This document shows positions 1-9,900 of a stretch of 64,000 bases of DNA, in pieces (positions within the stretch are counted from its first letter, which is position 1; every line of letters starts with the position of its first letter). This stretch comes from Laetmonice hystrix (taxonomy: Eukaryota). The stretch is from positions 11,160,001-11,224,000 of the forward strand of contig OZ249442.1 in the NCBI GenBank assembly GCA_965235115.1. Direction: 5' to 3'. The translations under genes and the position numbers were made by a program. Below the pieces are notes generated by a model, which was given only the letters and a program-made list of their open reading frames with translations, did not search any database and had not been told where the DNA came from.

Positions 1-504
1 TACTGGTAGACTGCTTGGCTGAGGTGAATCTTTCGTTTCGCTTACTGGTAGACTGCTTGGCTCAGGTGAATCTTTCGTTTCGCTTACTAGTAGATTGCTT
101 GGCTGACGTGAATCTTTCGTTTCGCTTACTGGTAGATTGCTTGGTTGAAGTGAATCTTTCGTTTCGCTTACTGGTAGACTGCTTGGCTGAGGTGAAACTT
201 TCGTTTCGCTTACTGGTAGACTGCTTGGCTGAGGTGAAGCTTTCGTTTCGCTTACTGGTAGACTGCTTGGCTGAGGTGAATCTTTCGTTTCGCTTACTGG
301 TAGACTGCTTGGCTGAGGTGAATCTTTCGTTTCGCTTACTGGTAGACTGCTTGGCTGAGGTGAATCTTTCGTTTCGCTTACTGGTAGACTGCTTGGCTGA
401 GGTGAATCTTTCGTTTCGCTTACTGGTACACTGCTTGGTTGAAGTGAATCTTTCGTTTCGCTTACTGGTAGACTGCTTGGCTGAGGTGAATCTTTCATTT
501 CGGT
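1..504. repeat. 42-bp tandem repeat, 12 copies plus one degenerate copy (505-546)
   Basis: Unit tactggtagactgcttggctgaggtgaatctttcgtttcgct recurs with period 42 from position 1. Confidence 0.97.
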
Positions 505-581
505 TACAGGTAGCCCAATTGCCTGCGGTGAAACTTGCATCTCTTGTGTGCTTGGAGCTGAAATCTTGACTTCTGCCATAT
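1..581 (-). CDS. Probable coding exon (3' end outside window) of an unknown protein with a 14-aa Ser/Pro/Thr-rich tandem repeat (SETKDSPQPSSLPV)n
   Basis: Seen: acceptor ttttttctttaaag|AT at 581, then ATG at 579-577. The frame is open to position 1: MAEVKISAPSTQEMQVSPQAIGLPVTEMKDSPQPSSLPVSETKDSPQ... A candidate upstream non-coding exon has a gtgagt donor at 2026-2021. Caveat: a second minus frame and one plus frame are also open across the repeat. Confidence 0.6.
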
Positions 582-642
582 CTTTAAAGAAAAAAGTAAA
601 AAAAAATTTGCTGTACCAAGAATTCAACATGCAAAGCAGCTT

Positions 643-676
<34 letters not shown>

Positions 677-2020
677 ACAATCTATTTATGGTACCCACTC
701 GCTGGCTGGCCGCTTCCAATCAAACATGTTACCATCCCTGCATCCCACCCTGTGTGCACGACATAAGGGACTTGGCCAGTGAGTAGGAGGGTGTCCAGGA
801 AATTGACATGTTGTTACAAGTTCCCCATTGTCATGCCTCAAGGGAATGTGAAACTAGAGAGTAACTGCTCATACCAAGGATCAGTTGGGCAGTGATCACT
901 CTGGTCAAGGACACTGAGGGGTGGGCTATGCTGTGTATCATAATTAGAATTATATATAAATTTGTTCGTATTTGGTTTCATATTTTTCTCTGCTCATTTT
1001 GCTAGAGAATGTCTGCATATTTATGCTGAGAGATGGAAGAATACAGGTTAACAGTACCCGGATTGGAAATCAGCCACCTCGAATTTTTTACTTTGAGTTA
1101 CAGTGTTCAGTTGAGAGCACTGCCATGGGTCACACCATCTCTGGAAATAGGGGCCTAAAAAGGCTGAGAGATAGCGGTGATCTATTTATAAATATAGTAG
1201 ATCATAGTTTTACATGTACATGTATGTTGAAATGGGGTACCTAGTGTATCTGCATGGAGTGGAAGACTGGGGCATTCCTTAACTCTGACTGAACCATGAC
1301 CTAAAAACAAGGTCAATCAGATGTAAACATTGCATAATTGCGATGTTTTAGCTGGCAAATTAAAGCTAACGATATTGACTATTGTTGTTTATTTGATTAT
1401 ATAATCACCATTCTTATTTCTTGTGGCAGTTGTGCCTCAAAACTAGATACACTAGGACTCTGACTTGTTGGAGTACCCGGTGGTACCTCAAAACAAGACT
1501 GGGGTTTAGCCTTAGAAAGTTAGGTGTAGCCTCCATAAGACAAGTTATCGTGGTTAGGCTAGACTATGTCATAACTTAGTGAGACGCTAGGGCAAGTAGG
1601 GGCAATAGAAATTAGGCCGGATAACTTTTAGTTTTAATTTCCCTCCCTTAGCTATAGCATAGGCTTGGGCCAGTTGGGGGTGGGGGGGGGGCGTACTCAC
1701 TCGCACTCACTTAGCCTATGTAGCAGGGGGCATTAGATTCTAGTAGACTAGCCTAGCCAACGAACTAGGCCTAAACGTGATTACTCGCGCCGTCGCGGTC
1801 AGTTTTGTCATTCCCTCCCCGGCCCGCCCTCCCTCCCTGCTCCCGACAGGCGACACTCGTCTCAAGACAAGTGAAGTCAAGACTGAGTGCCACTGAACGA
1901 ACCAATGACTGACATGTCACATGCGGCCACATTATCATTAGATTATCAAAATTTATCATCATTCCTTATATTATAGCAATAATCACTCTTTCTATATAGT
2001 CTTAGGACCTGGAGACCCTA

Positions 2021-2119
2021 ACTCACCAAGCCTACAATGTGGTACGCGCCACTTCTGTTTGCTTGTAGATGTGGCCTACACAGGCTCTCCACTTCCTCCA
2101 AACTGCTCAAAATGGCGTC
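2021..2119 (-). promoter_or_regulatory. Candidate promoter / non-coding first exon of the repeat-protein gene
   Basis: Minus-strand donor TTG|gtgagt (exon end 2027). YY1-type motif CAAAATGGCGTC at 2108-2119, identical to 13627-13638 next to the ZNF first exon. Confidence 0.45.
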
Positions 2120-2356
2120 TTCACCTAACGAACATATCAGAGATCATTGCGCGCAGGCGTTATGCGGTCTGTCTAAACGTGAGGTCACTTTTACTTTTTA
2201 CTTTTCAAAATATATGGCTCCTTTTGAACTGGCTTTAAAATGTTTTTCACTGGGCTAATGTATTATTCTTTTTTTTTTAGAAAACTAATGAGTCTCTACG
2301 AATCGGTACGATTCACTTCGTACCGCACTATATTGTGATGCACCCAACAGTGCTGA

Positions 2357-2515
2357 CACCAAGTGGAGCGAGCAGGACTTAGACTGTTTCACTGTTCTCC
2401 CGCTAGGGGGCGAGCTCCAGCCCCCTGGCGGAGTGAGCCGTGAAACAGCCAGGTTCCCCTGCCCGCCGCCCCGCTCCTGCTTGGCGCTGATGGTCGCAAG
2501 AGCGCCACCGACAGG
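2357..2515. promoter_or_regulatory. Cluster of CTCF-like motifs
   Basis: CACCAAGTGGAGC 2357-2369 (+), CCGCTAGGGGGCG 2400-2412 (+), CCGCCAGGGGGC 2431-2420 (-), CCTGTCGGTGGCGC 2515-2502 (-), compared by eye with the CTCF core CCASYAGRKGGCRS. Confidence 0.5.
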
Positions 2516-2626
2516 AGCGGCGGGCAGCAGAACCACCCTACTGTTCGTGTCATCTTGAGGGAAACGTTTAATAACATATTTATAATGTAGTAGAAGACTA
2601 GCGAAATTTTTGTGGTCTTTTCAATT

Positions 2627-2861
2627 GAAGGGTTGAGAACCAGAGTGGTCTAACCCACAAATTGAAAATTAGAGATTACATCATAATTGTGAGAGATGTG
2701 GACAAGATATATCAGTGCCAGAGCGGCATAATGGCGGGCATTATAGCTATGAACACATTAGAAAGCATTATTTCTGTATTTTTTATTTTGTAAAAACTTT
2801 AACCTCAATTATCTAACAAAAAATGGTCTGTGGGTTAGACCAGTCTGGCTCTCAGCCCTTC
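2627..2861. mobile_element. MITE, 235 bp, 33-bp TIRs, AATT flanks (Sola-like by TSD; tentative)
   Basis: gaagggttgagaaccagagtggtctaacccaca (2627-2659) matches the reverse complement of 2829-2861 with 3 mismatches; AATT at 2623-2626 and 2862-2865. Confidence 0.75.
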
Positions 2862-3411
2862 AATTTTACTCGTCGGCTTTAAGAAAATAGAGACAGGGGA
2901 AAAGTAATGAAGGGGAGGGGACGTTATAAGTATAAGTATAAGTATAAGTATCATGTAGGTCTACCTAGATCTAAACACAACTTTTTAGTTTTACAACTTT
3001 TAGAAGACTGTCAACAACTTCAAACGCCACTTTTTCTATGTCCCGGTATACATTTTTATTATGGATACTACGTCAAACAGTCATGAAACTGAAGATGTTC
3101 CGTACATGTATGTACGGAACATCTTCAGTATATATACATCCATTCATGTGAATTGAAAAATACGATCTTAATTAGTTGAAAGGATACCCTGATTGTTTTT
3201 CTATTTCTGTCGCTTGGGGCTTGTTTAAAACGTCGGGCACTTATATAAAAAAAAATCTAAACCATTTACACTCGTGCTTCTTGCTCTCATTTGTTTATAA
3301 CAAGGTACAGGTATATTTATTAAATCTATGATATTTCATTGTAAATATAAAACTGGTACATATTTACATTTTACATTTTCACGATGGCGTCAGGGTGTCT
3401 CAGAAAGACAC

Positions 3412-3945
3412 CTAGGACTGTTCCAGTAGAACATGAGTTACTTCCTGCCCGATATCTTCCATGACCACAGTTTCAGCATTTTCCTCCACCACATTCTGTA
3501 CCAGAATAATTTGTTGGCCGACTGGGTCGTCGGCCGCCCCTTCTAATTCCACCTCATTTTGCTCCACTTCCACTGCCTGCTGCACAAGTTCAATTTGGTG
3601 TTCCAGCAAACCCTGCTCGGAAATTTCACCCTGCTGGATAAAACCAACTTCCTCTTGTCCTTCAACAGTTTCAAGATGTGCCACGATTCCCTCCTCCGTA
3701 TCAGTGGTTGTCATGACAACCTCAGACATGGCTGGGTTTTCTTCATCTTCCACGACCACTGTGACTGATTCACCGTGTACATACATAACATGTTCGTTGA
3801 TTTCCTGGGGAGTCTGGAAGAGTTGCCGACATAGGCCACACATATACGTGACCAGGTCCTCGCCTGTCTGGACTTCTCCATCATTCTCCTCCACACTCAA
3901 CTGGAGGAGATTTTCTCCCGGAATTACCTGGTCATCATTCTCCAC
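3412..3945 (-). CDS. ZNF exon 15 (terminal): one C2H2 finger plus acidic E/V/Q-rich tail
   Basis: Acceptor atttaccag|GTG (phase 0); CGLCRQLFQTPQEINEHVMYVH; stop at 3414-3412. Confidence 0.88.
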   Translation of the reverse strand: MENDDQVIPGENLLQLSVEENDGEVQTGEDLVTYMCGLCRQLFQTPQEINEHVMYVHGESVTVVVEDEENPAMSEVVMTTTDTEEGIVAHLETVEGQEEVGFIQQGEISEQGLLEHQIELVQQAVEVEQNEVELEGAADDPVGQQIILVQNVVEENAETVVMEDIGQEVTHVLLEQS

Positions 3946-6900
3946 CTGGTAAATCACGATAAAACATACATTTGTACATTCACAACCCGACCAGCTCTTG
4001 AATCCAGTCTGACTGAACTTGAAGTGTAACACAGGGTTTTCTGTTGTAATAAATTCATCAACGACAACATTTGACAACAAACTGACGTCGGATTCAATGA
4101 AACCTCCCATGACAACTAATTCAGTGAAGTATCCACCCATTAGTTACGACAAGTTTTACTTGGTCCCAAATATCTTCCTTCTATTAGTCCTCGAGTAACA
4201 TGATTCATCCCACTCCATGACAATAAAAAGCTTGTTTCCATGGCAGGGTTGCGTTCCTCATCTATCGTTATCCTGTCGTGCGTTAAAATCCCCATTGAAA
4301 ATACATTGGAGTTAACGATATGACAAGCTAACGACATGATGAGGAACACCCCCCTGGTTAGCTAAGCAGGTTCCCACTGTATCTGTTTTTTTTAAATACA
4401 TTTATATGAAGTCATTTCATAACTGTCCACTTACTCTTTTTGCAGATGATAACTGAGATATGCTTCCATTACCTGGATAAAAACATGTGTTGTGGCCTCG
4501 TCCTGCTGTTCCTCCTCCTGAGTACTTGTTGACGCGATCTGTGACAGGTCAATAGTGGTCGCAGCTGTGCCCTGAGCTGCTGTCAGTGCCATCTTACAAC
4601 GATGTCGTTTGAGAGTTGATAGCACTGTGAAAACCTTGCCACAAAGGTTACAGATATGGCGACTCTTGCGAGTGTGTGTGATCATGTGAGTAGCCAGTTT
4701 GTAGCGGAACTTGAACGACCTACCACACTCGGTACATTGAAACGGTCTGTCATCTGTGTGCGTCCTCATGTGCTTATGAACTGTCCAAAATTAGATCAGA
4801 AAATTGTTCATGAAAATTACATCTTTTCTATTACAGTATTCTAGAAACGCATAGGCCCGAATGAAGACACTTGTATCTTTAAATAACCATATGGTCTAGA
4901 ATATACCCGCAGACTATAACAATGAGCGTTTACAAAATAAAGTCTTGTAAACAGTTTTTGTCTGGTGAATCTGGAGAATGTAGTCGTATTGTCCTATAAG
5001 CTGCCTTACTTTCCGATGCCCAAGCATAGCCTTTACCACAAAGTTTACACTTGTATGGCCTGTTGCCTGTATGAGTGTTTTCATGCTGGGACAACTGCTG
5101 GGCTTTCCGGAAACGACGACCGCAATATTTACACTCCAGCGTCTTCTGTGCCTCACGTTCCTGTTCTGATGTATGAATTGTCCTGTCAGGGATAAGAAAT
5201 ATGTAAGATTTCACTTGTTCCCAGGTTGACCTAACAATTGGGACAGAAAAAACTGAAATTCATGCACAACTTCTTTGATCTACAAGTAAAAACTGTCATG
5301 GAATATGAGAAGAATCCTTTTTATACACAGGTACATGTACATGTACAAATTATAGCTGCAAAATAATATGAAATGGTAAACTGTGCTTGCTGGTGTAAAC
5401 TAGACTAAGTGATTTTAATTGGTTTAATGCTTAATGTACATTTGCTGGAATCTGAGTTGTTGAAAACTTTCCTTACCTATGTTCTTTCATTCTTATTTTC
5501 TCAAAGAATCCTTTCCCACAAATGTCACAGAAGAATTTCTTCTCCTTGAGATGCATCCTCTTGTAGTGAGTCATTAGAAAACGTTTGTCTGTAAATACTT
5601 TTCCACATTCACTGCAGAGGTGTGCAGGGGGCGTGTCTGAGTGCTTGCTTCGCATGTGAGTCTTCAAGAAAACAAATCTCTGGTCATGATTTGGTCAGTA
5701 CACGTAACATAGTACATACTGGCTACATTTTATAATAAATATTCTATCATTCCTCACTCTACCAACTTCAAATTCAATGTACAAATCTACCAGACATTTT
5801 TGCTTTGTCATTCACAACAGTGGAATTCAGTATAGAATGTAAGATATCAGGTAGGATTTGGTTTTTATTTTTACAATGGTACTCAATCTACAATCTACAA
5901 TCTACAAAAATGTCCATCAGATCCAATACTAGATACAAATTATAACACTTACCTTGTGACTATGAGGCAGAGTAAATGTTTGGCCACAGATATGACAAAT
6001 GTACTGAGCTGGGCCATGTTTAACTTTCATGTGGGACTTCATTTCAAATCTCTTTTCAGTTGAGAAGCCGCACTCATCGCAGACCAATGTAACACGGTTG
6101 TGGGTTTTCATGTGGTAAGCAAACCAGCTGGTTCGTATTTTGGCCCCACATATATTGCAAACTTTACGACTCTCATCACGTGGTAATCGATGTTTGACTT
6201 TGGCAGCCTACAAAACAAAAGACAATGCCAACATTAATTGTTCCTCAGCTGCACCAGTAGTTCTACTTATCTTTACTGCAAGTACTGCAACACAAAATTT
6301 GTATTTCAATAAAAGCAGCAGCCTTTTTGTTTTTAAATGGGGATGAAAAAATCAGTTAAAATTGTTACTTTATCTAGGGTCTATACTCACAGGTAGGGCA
6401 CTCCTGAAGAGGTCTGGGTGTATTTTACGGAAATGTTTTTGAAGCAACTTCTGTGATGTAAACGTAGCGTCGCAGTGTGTACAGTTCACTTTGCTCGTTT
6501 GGTGTTGTTCCACTAAATGACTCTTGACTGATTTTTCACTGCTTTTGAAGTCACACATTCCACAAGCAGCATTTTCTTTTACATCTGAAGAGCAACATTT
6601 CCACGATATGATTCTTGCCATGGGTATAGACCTGAGTTTATTCCTAAGTAATGATACACCAGGGCAGAGTTCTGCATGTACTATAATCACAGAACTACTA
6701 ACTGAAGATCAGATACATCAGTTCTAGTGCTATTGGTCTGTGCCATGCATACAGACTTAAAATGATTACTGTCACATTGGAGGAAACATCAACTGATAGA
6801 GTATGACTTAGTTTAGCATAATTTTGTATGTTTTAAATGGGCCCAATAGGAGGTTCATTTCCAATGCAAAGGTAAATTTTTCTTCAAGGCGCACATACAC

Positions 6901-9900
6901 AAACAATGGTAATAAACAATGTCTTACCTTCAATGGTATAGACAATGTCTTACCTTCAATGGTGTAGACCTTGGTATTGCTTTCATGTGTCTTGTAATGC
7001 CGCAACAAATCATTGACGATACCAAACTTCACATCACACAATGTACAGCAGAAGACAAGCTGTGGATGATGCCGTTGTTTATGTTTGTTCAAACCTGCCA
7101 GCGATGAACGGAAGCCACACTGGTCACACAGGTACATGGCTTTACCTGGGTTCTTCCTGGCCAGACTGTTTGCAACTTTCACCCTTGAAGAAAGAGCTGG
7201 AGAAACAAGTTGTACAGTTTTGCACTTTTTAAAATAAAACCTGTGAAAATTGCAAGTCCTTTTTATTAATGGACTACAAAATGCCACTGGACTTTTCATT
7301 AAATGTTAATGTTTTTACAATTCAAGATGTCATCCATGCAGCACCTAAATTACCTATTTTTGGTCCTACCTATTTTGTTTGCTGTATCTGGCTGCCTTGA
7401 AGTATTGTCCTGAGAGGTTCCATCTTGATTGAGCATACTTTCCTCAAGAACACCCACACTATTTCCTTCACTTTCATCTTTCTGGATCTCCTCTGAGAGA
7501 ACACAAGCCTCGCTGTCCTTCGTCTCCTCCACCTCACCTTCCTTCATACCCTCGTCGATACTCTCCTCGACATCAAGCCCTCCTTCGATCATTCTCAATG
7601 TCACTTCACCCAACACCTCAGGATTGTACGTCCTGTATATCTCCATGGCATCTGGGAACATCTTCCCAGCTGAATCAAAGTGTCTAAGCCTGTGCCTGCG
7701 CATGTCATAGCGGACACCAAATGTACGACCACAGCACTCACAGAGGTGGAGTCTCTCCGGATGGAACCGTAGCTTGTGTTTCTGGATACCCTTAGCAGTG
7801 CTCCGGAATCCACACACATCGCACACAGCGTCAGCTAGTTCTGGGTTCCTGTACATGGCACAGAGACGGCTGTACCTCCGTCCTGTTGCTGGGTTCCGAC
7901 TGCTGCAATCTAACCACAAGTCACAAACCAAAAGTTAAACATTAATGGTTCTAAACAATGAAACCATACGAGAATTTACGAGTTACTTCATTTGCCGTTT
8001 CAAAAAGTCTTAAATTGGATTTGTCTTTGGTTTTGTCTTTGTCTTCCAACAAGAATGGTGGAGTGTAGGATAATGTATCTTAGACTTTTACAATGGTCAG
8101 ACAGAATACCGCAGTGCCCTCTCTATGACACAAGGTGGGCCCGTTGACGACTGCAAGGTGGCTCAGCGGTATCTGTGCAGTAATAAATTATGGGGATTGT
8201 GACCGAAGCTGCCCGGGCATGAGTTTCATAATTATTTCAGTAGCTGCATCAAAGCCAGTGTCTCGGCACTGAAGTCAAGCTACAGGGTGCTGCATTCTGA
8301 CGTCACAAAAAATGACGTACTTGCATATCCTACACTCCACCGTTCTTGCTTCCAATACCAGCAACAATCCTTTTATCCTAGTCTCGTGTCTACGAGAGCA
8401 TATGTGGAGATTGTAGACTCACTCATTCCACAGTTGCTATTCCTGTGTTTAAACAAATTTTCTACATGTTTGTAACATTTTGATTCCTACCATCAAGGTC
8501 AAGTAATACTGTTTCCCCAAGGTCACCACCATCCAGATTATCGTCACCACTGTCAACGTGGAAGTCAACAGCCATAGAAACCACCTTGTCCTCCGCAGCT
8601 TGCTCCACCAAGTTCTCGGCCTCTCTGTGGGACAGTCTGTTCTCTTCCTTTTCTCCAGTCAATGATTCGCCTAACATCTCAGCTGATTGCAAACCCAACT
8701 CAGGAGGCTGCAAACCTTTCTCCAGATTTGATGTCTTTAACACTTGCTCCTCCTGAAGCTGTGATAATGGATACATTTTTCACTTAATAACTTCCAGTTT
8801 CAAAATGAATTCAAATTGGGACAAACAAAAGATACATATAATGTAAGAAGCTGTCAATAGCCTGAATGACCACCTATTCGTATCTAGTTTCAATGCAAGC
8901 TATCAATTACCTAGCATCACAATTTGTATTCTCTTTGTCTAAAGTTGCTCAACTGGATTTTACAAAGATTTATTTCTTCAGTTTAGTTATTAGAAACCAC
9001 TATGAATGAACTCACCTTTGAAAGCATTTCTCGGGCAATCACAAGCCCCTCAAGGCTACCATGAAGGAAGTATGAGGCACCGTCTGGTGAGGACACGGTT
9101 AGACCTGCACGGTCAGCAATATCTGTGATAAGACTCTCTGTACTGATGGACAAACTTTGGAGTAGGCGTCCGGAAATCATGGCAGCAGCCTGGCTGAATA
9201 TCTAAATGCGTGGACAAATCAGGAGAAAACATGATTCCTGGTTTTTAAACATGACTCATCACACATGCACAGCGACTGGTTCCACCTAGTGGGCTTTACG
9301 TGAACTAGTTTAGGGAGACCCCCACAGTCATCGACTCTTGTCTACAATAAGGCTTGCGCTTGAAATGATGCCAAATGTAAAAAAGAAGCAATTACAGTAA
9401 TCCGAAAAAGATTGTCTGCCTAAACAATGTGTTTTAAAAGCCTACCTCACTGCTTTCGGGATCATTTTTGGACATGATTTCTTCCAAGGTCTGACAATCT
9501 TTAGGAAGCTCTTCTCTCTTTGAAACTTGTAACGTTCTGGTCTGGGTGAAAACCGCTGGTGGAGTTTTCCTGGGACGTCCTGGACCTCTCTTTGCCACAC
9601 CTTTACTGTCTTGAGCAGAAGTCACTTGTGTTCTGTTCACGACTTTTTTAGGTGACTCTCTGTTTAGTGAAACTCTGGTCATTGGTGCCTCATCAACATT
9701 TGCTTCTGAAAGTTGTTCTCCCCGCACAGATTTCATCAGAGCCTCCCAAACAAAGTTTTGTCCAGATTCTCGCTGAAACCATTTTTGTCACAGATATAAA
9801 TTACCTAAATAAAGCTAGTTATATGATAGATAAAGTTTACATTGTCATTATGATACTGGACAAGGATCATAATTACACATGTACTAATACTTATCATTTG

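Noticed and set aside
15-569. Plus-strand ORF (AEVNLSFRLLVDCL)n
   Set aside because: Antisense shadow of the 42-bp repeat with no real ATG or splice context; the minus frame has the acceptor and ATG.
2111-2258. Plus-strand MASSPNEH... (and MASDDGRKRKR... at 13631) as divergent genes
   Set aside because: Both ATGs are simply the core of the YY1-type motif; the ORFs are short, unrelated and lack supported downstream exons. Divergent transcription is not excluded.
3461-3952. 163-aa Ser/Thr-rich plus ORF and other plus ORFs inside the ZNF gene
   Set aside because: Antisense to well-supported coding exons.
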